This document shows, piece after piece, positions 17,003 to 25,463 of a stretch of DNA of 34,916 nucleotides. Origin of the DNA: Clostridiales bacterium (GTDB lineage: Bacteria > Bacillota > Clostridia > Christensenellales > CAG-138); NCBI GenBank assembly GCA_003486785.1, contig DNFZ01000090.1, forward strand, positions 1-34,916, in the 5' to 3' direction. A model generated the notes under the pieces. It made no database searches. It was not told where the DNA came from and was given only the letters and a program-made list of their open reading frames with translations. The first letter of the stretch is position 1. Each line of letters begins with the position of its first letter. Made by a program: the position numbers and the translations under genes.

Positions 17003-17728
17003 ATGAGCGAGCAGATGCAGATACAGTCGGTACGCAGCAGGCTGCTGCGCGAGATGAAGGAGGGCGCCTATCGCTACTCGGGCAAGCTGCCGCCGGAAGG
17101 CGTGCTCGCCGAGCGACTGAGCATCAGCCGCACGCAGCTCAGAGACAGCCTCGCCCAGCTCGAACGCGAAGGGTTTATCAGCCGCCATCAGGGCGTCGGC
17201 ACCGTGATCAACCGCCACGTGCTTGCCGTTCCGGTGCGCATGGATATGGAGATTGAGTTCATGGAGATGATATCAAATTCCGGCCACGAACCGGGTCTGC
17301 TCTTTTCCAGCCACGAACTCGTGCCTGCGGGGGAAGTTGCCGCGCAACACCTCGCAATCTCGCCGGGCGATACGGTGCTCAAGGTCGTGCGTCTCATCGG
17401 CGCGGATGGCAAGCCAGCAATCTATTGCGAGGACTATATCCCCGCGTCTCTGATCAAGAAGAAAGAATTTGCTGCGGAAGATCTGCAAAAGCCGATCTTC
17501 TCGTTTCTAAAGCAGTTTTGCGGTTTGGAGCCGCATATGGACCTCACCGAAGTGCGCCCCGCCGTTGCGGATGCAGCGCTTGCAAAAACGTTTTGCGTGG
17601 CGGAAGGAACGCCGCTTCTCTATCTCGATGAACTCGATTACGACAAAGAAGGCATGCCCATGCTGTATTCACCGCAGTACTACATCGGCGGCGTGATTCA
17701 GCACACCATGCTGAGAATGAAGTTTTAA
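17003..17728 (+). CDS. GntR-family transcriptional regulator, HutC subfamily (N-terminal winged helix plus C-terminal UTRA effector domain)
   Basis: ATG at 17003 with GGGAGGA 8 nt upstream. wHTH region: KLPPEGVLAERLSISRTQLRDSLAQLEREGFISRHQGVGTVI. The C-terminal ~150 aa have an UTRA-like pattern (...AIYCEDYIP...LYLDELDYDKEGMPMLYSPQYY). Confidence 0.85.
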   Translation: MSEQMQIQSVRSRLLREMKEGAYRYSGKLPPEGVLAERLSISRTQLRDSLAQLEREGFISRHQGVGTVINRHVLAVPVRMDMEIEFMEMISNSGHEPGLLFSSHELVPAGEVAAQHLAISPGDTVLKVVRLIGADGKPAIYCEDYIPASLIKKKEFAAEDLQKPIFSFLKQFCGLEPHMDLTEVRPAVADAALAKTFCVAEGTPLLYLDELDYDKEGMPMLYSPQYYIGGVIQHTMLRMKF

Positions 17729-17733
17729 CAACG

Positions 17734-17771
17734 CCGCAAAAAGCAGGCCTGTTCCTGTATTGCGGTTTTTT
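17734..17771 (+). terminator. Weak terminator- or attenuator-like hairpin between the GntR gene and purE
   Basis: CCGCAA (17734-17739) pairs with TTGCGG (17760-17765). There is an inner CAGG/CCTG helix, then TTTTTT (17766-17771). The outer stem is short and interrupted, so termination is probably partial at best. Confidence 0.35.
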
Positions 17772-17795
17772 ATTTGAAGTTGGGAGGATGGTTTC

Positions 17796-18293
17796 GTGAA
17801 AAAAGTTGCTGTTGTGATGGGGAGCGCTTCCGATCTGCCGCTGGCCAAAGACGCGCTGAAGATGCTTGCCTCGTTTGAGATTCCCGCTGTGGCGCACGTG
17901 CTCTCCGCGCACCGCACGCCGGAGGAGGCAGCCGCGTTTGCAAAAGCTGCAGAGGCGGAAGGCTTTGGCGCAATCATCGCGTTTGCTGGCAAGGCCGCGC
18001 ATCTCGCGGGCGCGATGGCGGCGCATTCGCTGCTGCCCGTCATCGGCGTACCGGTGAGCGGCAAGGATCTTGGGGGCTTAGACGCGCTGCTGAGTACCGC
18101 ACAGATGCCCAAAGGCGTGCCTGTGGCGACGGTGGCGATCGACGGCGCGGCAAACGCCGCTCTGCTGGCCGTGCGCATCCTCGCGCTTTCGGATGAAGCG
18201 CTCAATCTAAAACAAAAGCAGTATGCGCAGAAGCTTGCGGAGCAGTCCGCCGAAGCGGACGCGGCAATGCAGAAGGAAATCGAACAGCTTTGA
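17796..18293 (+). CDS. purE: 5-(carboxyamino)imidazole ribonucleotide mutase / AIR carboxylase catalytic subunit
   Basis: GTG start with GGGAGGA 7 nt upstream. VAVVMGSASDLP, SAHRTPEE, AGKAAHLAGAMAAHSLLPVIGVPV. Confidence 0.93.
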   Translation: MKKVAVVMGSASDLPLAKDALKMLASFEIPAVAHVLSAHRTPEEAAAFAKAAEAEGFGAIIAFAGKAAHLAGAMAAHSLLPVIGVPVSGKDLGGLDALLSTAQMPKGVPVATVAIDGAANAALLAVRILALSDEALNLKQKQYAQKLAEQSAEADAAMQKEIEQL

Positions 18294-18352
18294 TCCCCGG
18301 ATCAGGCTGAGAAAAGTTTGAATAAACAGCACGCAAAGGAGAGGGATTCAGC

Positions 18353-19060
18353 ATGAAAAAGCTAGAGCAGATTTACGAAGGCAAAGCAAAGAAGGTCTAC
18401 GCGACGGACGACCCCAAGACCGTCATCGTGGACTACAAGGACGACGCGACCGCGTTCAACGGCCTCAAGAAAGGCACCATCGCCGGCAAAGGCGTGGTCA
18501 ACAACAAGGTTTCCAACCACTTTTTCCGCCTGCTGGAAAAGGAGGGAATCCCGACGCATTATGTCGAGCAGATGAGTGATCGCGAAACGGCCGTTCGCCG
18601 CGTTGAGATTCTGCCCGTCGAAGTCATCGTGCGCAATCGTGCCGCGGGCAGCTTCAGCAAACGCATGGGTGTGGCGGAGGGAACCGCTTTTGCCTGCCCG
18701 ATCCTTGAATACAGCTACAAAAACGACGATCTGGGCGATCCCTTCATCAACTCCTACTACATCCGCGCGCTCAACCTCGCGACAGATGAGGAGATGGAGT
18801 GGGTCAAGACGTATTCCTTCCGTGTCAACGATATCTTGAAGGCATATCTTGACGGCTTTGGCATCGAGCTCATCGACTTCAAGCTGGAATTTGGCCGCTT
18901 TGACGGAAAAGTGATCTTAGCCGACGAGATTTCGCCCGACACCTGCCGCTTCTGGGACAAGGCCACAGGCAAAAAGCTCGACAAAGACCGCTTCCGCCGC
19001 GACCTTGGCGAGGTGGAGGAAGCATACCACGAAATCATCAGCCGTTTGATGGGAGAATAA
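18353..19060 (+). CDS. purC: Phosphoribosylaminoimidazole-succinocarboxamide (SAICAR) synthase
   Basis: [31 protein letters not shown]-x-[18 protein letters not shown]. Confidence 0.95.
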   Translation: MKKLEQIYEGKAKKVYATDDPKTVIVDYKDDATAFNGLKKGTIAGKGVVNNKVSNHFFRLLEKEGIPTHYVEQMSDRETAVRRVEILPVEVIVRNRAAGSFSKRMGVAEGTAFACPILEYSYKNDDLGDPFINSYYIRALNLATDEEMEWVKTYSFRVNDILKAYLDGFGIELIDFKLEFGRFDGKVILADEISPDTCRFWDKATGKKLDKDRFRRDLGEVEEAYHEIISRLMGE

Positions 19061-19062
19061 TC

Positions 19063-20520
19063 ATGCGCCATCCACTGCACCTGCCCGCGGCATATGAACG
19101 GCTCAAGCCGGACGACGACTGCATGCACGAAGAATGCGGTGTGTTTGGCATCTATTGTAACGGCAGCGGGCAGGACGCGGCGGAGGCGGCTTACTACGGC
19201 CTGTTTTCGTTGCAACATCGCGGGCAGGAGAGCGCGGGGATTGCGATTTCGCGCAAGGGCAAGATCGACTGCCACAAGGCGATGGGTCTTGTCAGCGGGC
19301 GCTTTTGCGACGGGCTTGCCTCGCTCAAGGGCAGCAACCTCGCCATCGGACACGTGCGCTATTCCACCATGGGCGATAGCTCGCTTGTCAACGCGCAGCC
19401 GCTCGTGGTAGAGTCTCCGCTGGGCCCGCTTGCGCTTGCGCACAACGGCAACATCATCAACGCAAAAGAGATACGCGCCGCGCTTGAGGCAGAGGGGGCA
19501 AGTTTTCAAACTACTATCGACTCGGAGATCATCGCCGCCCTGATTGCAAAGCACAGCAAAGCGGGGCTTGCGGAAGGCATTGCCCAGGCGATGGAGCAGC
19601 TCAAGGGCAGCTATGCGCTCGTGCTCATGACGCGGGATACGCTCATCGGCGTGCGCGACCCCAAGGGCATGCGCCCGCTCGCGCTCGGCAGCCTAAACGG
19701 CGCATATGTGTTCGCCTCGGAATCCTGCGCGTTTGACACCATCGGCGCGGAGTTCATCCGCGATGTGCGCCCCGGCGAGATCGTGATTGCGGGGAACGGC
19801 GGGCTTCGCTCGCATCAGGCCATACACGCGGCAGATACGGCGCTGTGCATCTTCGAGTATGTCTATTTCGCGCGACCGGATTCGGACATCGACGGCATCT
19901 CCGTCCACAAAGCGCGGGAGCGCGCGGGGGAACTCCTCGCCATCTCGTCCCCTGCGGATGTGGACGTAGTCGGCGCCGTGCCGGATTCCTCCGTGCATGC
20001 CGCGATGGGCTACGCGCGGCAGGCGGGATTACCGTTTACGATCACGCTCTCGAAAAACCGCTATATGGGGCGCACGTTCATCGAGCCGTCGCAGGATCGG
20101 CGGGAGATGGATGTTTCGCTCAAATTCAGCGCGCTCAAGCGAAACGTGCGCGGTAAGCGCGTGCTGCTGGTAGATGACTCCATCGTGCGGGGAACTACCA
20201 GCAAATACATCGTCGAGATGCTCAAGACAGCCGGCGCAAAAGAGGTGCATCTGCGCATCAGCTCGCCGCCGGTCATGCATCCGTGCTGCTTTGGCATCGA
20301 TACCTCGTCCTATGAGCAGCTCATCGGCGCGAACCATTCTGTGGAGGAGATCCGCCGCTTCATCGGCGCGGATTCACTGAGCTATCTGAGCATCGAGGAC
20401 TTGCACAAGACCGTGGAGTGCGCGGCGTGTAATTTCTGCGCGGGCTGCTTCAACGGCAAGTATCCGGAGGACGTCTCCGCGCTGATTAAGCGCGGCGGCA
20501 AGCACATATTGGATCGCTAA
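19063..20520 (+). CDS. purF: Amidophosphoribosyltransferase (glutamine PRPP amidotransferase), Fe-S type
   Basis: The catalytic N-terminal nucleophile Cys is in HEECGVFGI. PRPP loop: VLLVDDSIVRGTT. C-terminal cluster cysteines are in HPCCFGID and CNFCAGCFNGKYP. The ATG at 19063 (GGGAGAA RBS) implies a 24-aa propeptide. The ATG at 19123 is an alternative start but lacks an RBS. Confidence 0.92.
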   Translation: MRHPLHLPAAYERLKPDDDCMHEECGVFGIYCNGSGQDAAEAAYYGLFSLQHRGQESAGIAISRKGKIDCHKAMGLVSGRFCDGLASLKGSNLAIGHVRYSTMGDSSLVNAQPLVVESPLGPLALAHNGNIINAKEIRAALEAEGASFQTTIDSEIIAALIAKHSKAGLAEGIAQAMEQLKGSYALVLMTRDTLIGVRDPKGMRPLALGSLNGAYVFASESCAFDTIGAEFIRDVRPGEIVIAGNGGLRSHQAIHAADTALCIFEYVYFARPDSDIDGISVHKARERAGELLAISSPADVDVVGAVPDSSVHAAMGYARQAGLPFTITLSKNRYMGRTFIEPSQDRREMDVSLKFSALKRNVRGKRVLLVDDSIVRGTTSKYIVEMLKTAGAKEVHLRISSPPVMHPCCFGIDTSSYEQLIGANHSVEEIRRFIGADSLSYLSIEDLHKTVECAACNFCAGCFNGKYPEDVSALIKRGGKHILDR

Positions 20521-20534
20521 GGGGGATTTTTCGC

Positions 20535-21545
20535 ATGCCGGTGACCTATGAGCAGGCGGGCGTGAGCGTTGAAAGGGGCTATGAAGCCGTTCGACGCATG
20601 AAAGCCTACGCCGAGGCGACGTTTGATCAAAATGTGCTGCAATCCCTGGGATCGTTCGGCGGCATGTACGCGCTGGGTGAGCAGGTGTTGGTCTCCGGTA
20701 CGGACGGCGTCGGCACCAAGCTCAAAGCCGCGTTCGCGCTGGACAAACACGACACCGTGGGTATCGACTGCGTGGCGATGTGCGCCAACGACGTGGTCTG
20801 TCACGGAGCCAAGCCGCTGTTTTTCCTCGACTATATCGCAACCGGAAAGCTCGTGCCGGAGGTGGCTGCCAGCATCGTCAAAGGCGTTGCCGACGGCTGC
20901 ACACAGGCGGGCTGCGCGCTCATCGGCGGAGAGACCGCCGAGATGCCGGGGTTTTATCCGGTTGGGGAATACGATCTCGCGGGCTTCTGCGTGGGTCTGG
21001 TGGACAAAGCGAAGCTCATCGACAACTCCCGCGTAAAGGCGGGCGACGTAATCCTCGCGCTCGCTTCCTCGGGCGTGCATTCCAACGGGTTTTCGCTGGT
21101 GCGCAAGCTCGTCCCGATGGAGAAAGCCAGTCTGAACCAGTATCATGCCGATCTTGGAAAGTCCCTTGGCGAGGAGCTACTCACGCCGACCAATCTCTAC
21201 GTCAAACCCGTGCTGGCGCTGATCGACGCGGTGGAGGTGCATTCTCTTGCGCACATCACCGGCGGCGGGTTTTACGAGAACATCCCGCGCAGCATCCCGA
21301 AAGGCTTGACCGCGCAAATTGAGAAAAACGCTGTGCGCGTGCTGCCGATTTTTCGCCTGTTGCAACGCTTAGGCGAGCTGGGAGAAGCGCACATGTTCAA
21401 CACCTTCAACATGGGCGTGGGCATGACGGTCACGCTGCCTGCGACAGAGATCGATAAGGCAATCTCGCTCCTCGCCGGTTACGGCGTGCAAGCGAACCCG
21501 ATCGGCGAAGTCATTCCCGGCGACGCGGGCATTGCGCTATGCTGA
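20535..21545 (+). CDS. purM: Phosphoribosylformylglycinamidine cyclo-ligase (AIR synthetase)
   Basis: TYEQAGVSVE, GTDGVGTKLK, DCVAMCANDV, LIGGETAEMPG, SSGVHSNGFSL. Confidence 0.95.
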   Translation: MPVTYEQAGVSVERGYEAVRRMKAYAEATFDQNVLQSLGSFGGMYALGEQVLVSGTDGVGTKLKAAFALDKHDTVGIDCVAMCANDVVCHGAKPLFFLDYIATGKLVPEVAASIVKGVADGCTQAGCALIGGETAEMPGFYPVGEYDLAGFCVGLVDKAKLIDNSRVKAGDVILALASSGVHSNGFSLVRKLVPMEKASLNQYHADLGKSLGEELLTPTNLYVKPVLALIDAVEVHSLAHITGGGFYENIPRSIPKGLTAQIEKNAVRVLPIFRLLQRLGELGEAHMFNTFNMGVGMTVTLPATEIDKAISLLAGYGVQANPIGEVIPGDAGIALC

Positions 21546-22873
21546 ACGCTCGCATCGCGGTGCTCGTCTCCGGCGGGGGAACCAATCTGCAGGCGCTCAT
21601 CGACGCGCAGGCTTGCGGCAGACTTAAGAGCGGAGAGCTTGCGCTCGTAATCGCGAGCAAGCCCAGAGCCTATGCGCTGGAGCGGGCAAAGAACGCGCAG
21701 ATCGCAACCGAGACGGTCGAGCGTGCGGCGTTTGAAACGCAGGAGGCGTATGAAGCGAGATTGCTGGACGTACTCGCGTCTCATAACATCGATTTGATCG
21801 TGCTCGCGGGGTACATGCATATACTCTCTGCAAGCTTTGTCTCCCGCTATCCGGAGAGGATCGTCAACGTGCATCCTTCGCTGATTCCCGCGTATTCCGG
21901 CAAGGGGTATTACGGAATCAAGGTGCACGAGGCGGTGCTTGCGGCGGGCGAAATGGAGACGGGAGCGACGGTGCACATGGTCAATGAGGTGCCCGACGGA
22001 GGGCGGATTTTGATGCAGCAGCGCGTGCCGGTGTTTGGCAGCGACACGCCGAAAACCCTGCAACACCGCGTGATGGAGCAGGCGGAGTGGGTTTTACTCC
22101 CGCGCGCGGTCGAGCAGATTTGCGCGGAGCTGATCGCGCAAGAGAACGCTGGAGGTAAGAGGATGAACCGGAATCTGTTTGAGATATTAGAGAAAAACGC
22201 TTACCCCGGGCGCGGCATCGTGCTGGGGCTCACGCCGGACGGCAAACAGGCCGCGCTTGCGTATTTCATCATGGGGCGCAGCGCGGGCAGCCGCAGCCGT
22301 GCCTTTACAAAGGACGGCGACAATCTTGCAATTCGCATGCTGGACGGCGGCAAAATCGCCGACACCAGCCTGATTCTATACACGCCGCTTCGCACGCTAG
22401 AGAAGGCCGTCGTCGTCACCAACGGCGACCAGACGGACACCGTCTGCGCGGCGCTGGAAAACGGCGACACGTTCGAGGGAGCGCTCCGCACGCGGACGTT
22501 TGAGCCGGACGGTCCGCATTTTACGCCGCGCATCAGCGGCATGATGGATTTTGCAGACGGTTTCACCTACAAGCTTTCGATCCTCAAATCCGGCGACGCG
22601 GCGGGAAAAACAACCCTGCGGCAAACGTTTGAAACGGAGCCGCTCGCGGGTACGGGTCATTTCATCCACACGTATCAAACCGACGGCGCGGTGCTGCCGA
22701 GTTTTTCCGGCGAACCAGTCGCGATCTCGATTGTAGACGATTTCTCAGCGTTTGCGGACGGGCTTTGGAACGCGCTGAATCCAGAGAACAAGGTTTCGCT
22801 CTATGTGCGGTATACCGATCTAAATAGCAAAAAATATCAGGACAAGATTTTAAACCAATACGCAATAGATTGA
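21539..22873 (+). CDS. purN: Phosphoribosylglycinamide formyltransferase (aa 1-208) fused in frame to a PurO-like (archaeal-type) IMP cyclohydrolase domain (aa 209-444, nt 22163-22873)
   Basis: - PurN part: IAVLVSGGGTNLQALID, NVHPSLIP, GATVHMV-x-E-x-DGG.
- C-terminal part: MNRNLFEILEKNAYPGRGIVLG..., which I recognise as the PF07826-type IMP cyclohydrolase found as a stand-alone ~230-aa protein in many Clostridia.
- Junction DNA is GGAGGTAAGAGGATGA: an internal SD plus ATG, and no in-frame stop. Confidence 0.85.
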   Translation: MLNARIAVLVSGGGTNLQALIDAQACGRLKSGELALVIASKPRAYALERAKNAQIATETVERAAFETQEAYEARLLDVLASHNIDLIVLAGYMHILSASFVSRYPERIVNVHPSLIPAYSGKGYYGIKVHEAVLAAGEMETGATVHMVNEVPDGGRILMQQRVPVFGSDTPKTLQHRVMEQAEWVLLPRAVEQICAELIAQENAGGKRMNRNLFEILEKNAYPGRGIVLGLTPDGKQAALAYFIMGRSAGSRSRAFTKDGDNLAIRMLDGGKIADTSLILYTPLRTLEKAVVVTNGDQTDTVCAALENGDTFEGALRTRTFEPDGPHFTPRISGMMDFADGFTYKLSILKSGDAAGKTTLRQTFETEPLAGTGHFIHTYQTDGAVLPSFSGEPVAISIVDDFSAFADGLWNALNPENKVSLYVRYTDLNSKKYQDKILNQYAID

Positions 22874-22924
22874 AGATCATAGTAGAAAAGAATTTTTCCA
22901 GCACACGATCAAAGGAGAACCGGA

Positions 22925-24106
22925 ATGAAGGAACTCACGCTGAAATACGGCTGCAACCCGCAGCAGAAGCCCGCGCGCATCTACGCGGAGGCGGGCGAAC
23001 TGCCCATCGAAATTTTGAACGGGCAGCCGGGGTATATCAATTTTCTCGACGCGTTGAACGCATGGCAGCTCGTGAAAGAGCTGAAACAGTCGCTGGGGCT
23101 TCCCGCGGCGACGTCCTTCAAGCACGTCAGCCCCGCGGGCGCGGCGGTCGGTCTTCCGCTGAGCGAGACGGATCTGGTCGCCTGCGCGGTGGACGATCTT
23201 GACGGCATCAACGATTCTCCCGTCGCCTGCGCCTATGCGCGCGCAAGAGGAACCGACCGCATGTCCTCGTTTGGCGACTTTATCGCGCTGAGCGACACAT
23301 GCGACGAGACCACAGCGCGCATCATCAAGCGCGAGGTGTCGGACGGCATCATCGCGCCCGGCTACACGCCGGAGGCGCTTTCTCTCCTCAAAACCAAGCG
23401 CAATGGCAACTACGCTGTGATTCATATCGACCCCGCTTACGCGCCGGAGGGTGCGGAGAGAAAGCAGGTGTTCGGCGTCACGTTCGAGCAGCCGCGCAAC
23501 ACGGCTGTGATCGACAGTTCGCTGCTGAATAATCCCGTCACCGCGATCAAAGACATCAGTGAAAGCGCCAAGCGCGACATGATCCTTTCGCTGATCACGC
23601 TCAAGTATACCCAGTCTAACTCGGTCTGCTTCGCGGCAAACGGTCAGACCATCGGCGTTGGAGCCGGGCAGCAGAGCCGGATTCACTGCACGCGGCTCGC
23701 GGGCGAAAAAGCGGATATCTGGTGGATGCGCAGAAGCCCGCAGGTGACAGCTCTTCCGTTTTTGCCCCAGATCAAGCGGCCGGAGCGCGACAACCTGATC
23801 GATCAATACATCGGAAACTATGGCGGCGCGGCCTGCGGCGAAGCGGGCTGGGAAGCATATTTCTCGCAAAAGCCGGTACCGATGACGCAGGCGCAACGCG
23901 AAAGTCACCTTGCCGCGCTCTCGGGTGTTTCGCTCGGCAGCGACGCGTTTTTCCCCTTTGACGACAACATCGAGCGCGCGCACAAGAGCGGGGTACAATA
24001 CATCGCCGAGCCCGGCGGCTCCGTGCGGGACGCGGACGTGATTGCGTGCTGTGATCGATACGGCATCGCGATGTTCTTCACGGGTATGCGCCTGTTTCAT
24101 CATTGA
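22925..24106 (+). CDS. purH: AICAR formyltransferase, AICARFT domain only; lacks the N-terminal MGS-like IMP cyclohydrolase domain of canonical PurH
   Basis: AAAGGAGAA RBS. LKYGCNPQQKPA, SFKHVSPAGAAVG, GAGQQSRIHC, SDAFFPF-D-N-I, VQYIAEPGGSVRD. At 393 aa it is shorter than the ~510 aa I recall for bifunctional PurH. Confidence 0.9.
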   Translation: MKELTLKYGCNPQQKPARIYAEAGELPIEILNGQPGYINFLDALNAWQLVKELKQSLGLPAATSFKHVSPAGAAVGLPLSETDLVACAVDDLDGINDSPVACAYARARGTDRMSSFGDFIALSDTCDETTARIIKREVSDGIIAPGYTPEALSLLKTKRNGNYAVIHIDPAYAPEGAERKQVFGVTFEQPRNTAVIDSSLLNNPVTAIKDISESAKRDMILSLITLKYTQSNSVCFAANGQTIGVGAGQQSRIHCTRLAGEKADIWWMRRSPQVTALPFLPQIKRPERDNLIDQYIGNYGGAACGEAGWEAYFSQKPVPMTQAQRESHLAALSGVSLGSDAFFPFDDNIERAHKSGVQYIAEPGGSVRDADVIACCDRYGIAMFFTGMRLFHH

Positions 24107-24164
24107 TTTTGAAAGCAGCATTGTTTTTTCGCGTAAGCAGGCGAGAGAAAGGTGTATTTTGCGC

Positions 24165-25463
24165 ATGAAGGTCATGATTGTAGGCGGCGGCGGACGCGAA
24201 CACGCAATACTCGAAAAACTGCGCGAGAGCCCGCGCATCACAAAACTCTATGCCCTGCCGGGCAACGGCGGCATGGCGGCGCATGCCGAGTGCGTGCCCA
24301 TCAAGGCCACGGACATCGACGGCATCGTCAGCTTTGCGGTGGAGAAACACATCGATTTTGCGGTGATCGGACCCGACGACCCGCTGATTGCGGGCGTGTG
24401 TGATCGACTCCATGCGGCGGGCGTGCGCTGCTTCGGGCCAAGCAAATTCGCAGCCGCCATCGAGGGCAGCAAGAGCTTTGCCAAGAACCTGATGCGCAAA
24501 AACGGCATCCCGACCGCTGACTATGCGGTGTTTGACCGCGCAACGGAGGCGTATGCCTATCTTGCGGGCGCGAACTACCCGGTCGTCATCAAGGCAGACG
24601 GGCCCGCGCTGGGTAAGGGCGTAATCATCGCCGACACACGCGAAGAAGCGTTTCAGGCCGTGCACGCGATGATGGAAGACGGCGTGTTTGGCACCAGCGG
24701 TAGCCGCGTGGTCGTGGAGGAATTCCTCACGGGAGTTGAAGCAAGCGTGCTCGCGTTTACGGACGGAACGACGCTGATTCCGATGATCTCCGCGCTGGAT
24801 CACAAACGCGCACTGGATGGCGACAAGGGACTCAACACCGGCGGCATGGGCGCGCTCGCGCCGAACCCATACTATACGTTTGAACTCGCGTGCTCATGCA
24901 TGGAGCTGATCTTTTTGCCGACCATGCGCGCGATGAACGCGGAGCTAAGGCCGTTCTCCGGCTGTCTCTTCTTCGGGCTGATGCTCACCAAGCACGGACC
25001 GAAGGTGATCGAATACAACTGCCGCTTTGGAGACCCCGAAACGCAGGCGGTACTGCCGCTTTTAGAGACGGATCTATTCGAAATTATGCTAGCGACTGAG
25101 GACGGTCGGCTTGGCGAAATCCCCGTGCGCTTTCGCGGCGGTAGCGCCTGCTGTGTGGTGCTCGCCAGCGGCGGATATCCCGGCGCATACCAGACGGGGT
25201 TTGAGATTTCGCTTGGCGGCGCGGATCGCGCGGAAAATGTGTTTGTCTATCATGCGGGCACGAAAACGGAGCGAGACAAACTCGTGACCGCGGGCGGGCG
25301 CGTACTGGGCGTGACGGCAGTCGGTGCGGATGCACGCGCGGCGCAGCAGGCAGCGTACGCGGCGGCGGAGCGCATCCGCTTTGACCGCGCATTTTACCGC
25401 CGCGATATCGGCGCGCGCGCCATCGCTACAGCGGAACAGGGAGAACAAAAGATCGATGGTTGA
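24165..25463 (+). CDS. purD: Phosphoribosylamine-glycine ligase (GAR synthetase)
   Basis: ATG at 24165 gives MKVMIVGGGGREHAI, the canonical PurD N-terminus. VIKADGPALGKGV, EEFL-G-E-S, IEYNCRFGDPETQ. The upstream part of ORF 24042.. overlaps purH and has no RBS. Confidence 0.93.
   Translation: MKVMIVGGGGREHAILEKLRESPRITKLYALPGNGGMAAHAECVPIKATDIDGIVSFAVEKHIDFAVIGPDDPLIAGVCDRLHAAGVRCFGPSKFAAAIEGSKSFAKNLMRKNGIPTADYAVFDRATEAYAYLAGANYPVVIKADGPALGKGVIIADTREEAFQAVHAMMEDGVFGTSGSRVVVEEFLTGVEASVLAFTDGTTLIPMISALDHKRALDGDKGLNTGGMGALAPNPYYTFELACSCMELIFLPTMRAMNAELRPFSGCLFFGLMLTKHGPKVIEYNCRFGDPETQAVLPLLETDLFEIMLATEDGRLGEIPVRFRGGSACCVVLASGGYPGAYQTGFEISLGGADRAENVFVYHAGTKTERDKLVTAGGRVLGVTAVGADARAAQQAAYAAAERIRFDRAFYRRDIGARAIATAEQGEQKIDG

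Noticed and set aside
17729-17795. Purine, ZTP or PRPP riboswitch ahead of purE
   Set aside because: The gap is only 67 nt. It contains just a short hairpin, a T-run and the RBS. None of the conserved riboswitch cores is visible, such as the purine three-way junction or the ZTP CCGCCUGGG element.
22877-24241. 454-aa minus-strand ORF antisense to purH
   Set aside because: It is another GC-rich shadow frame: an Arg/Ala-rich translation with no motifs and no RBS. The plus strand encodes an unmistakable AICAR transformylase.
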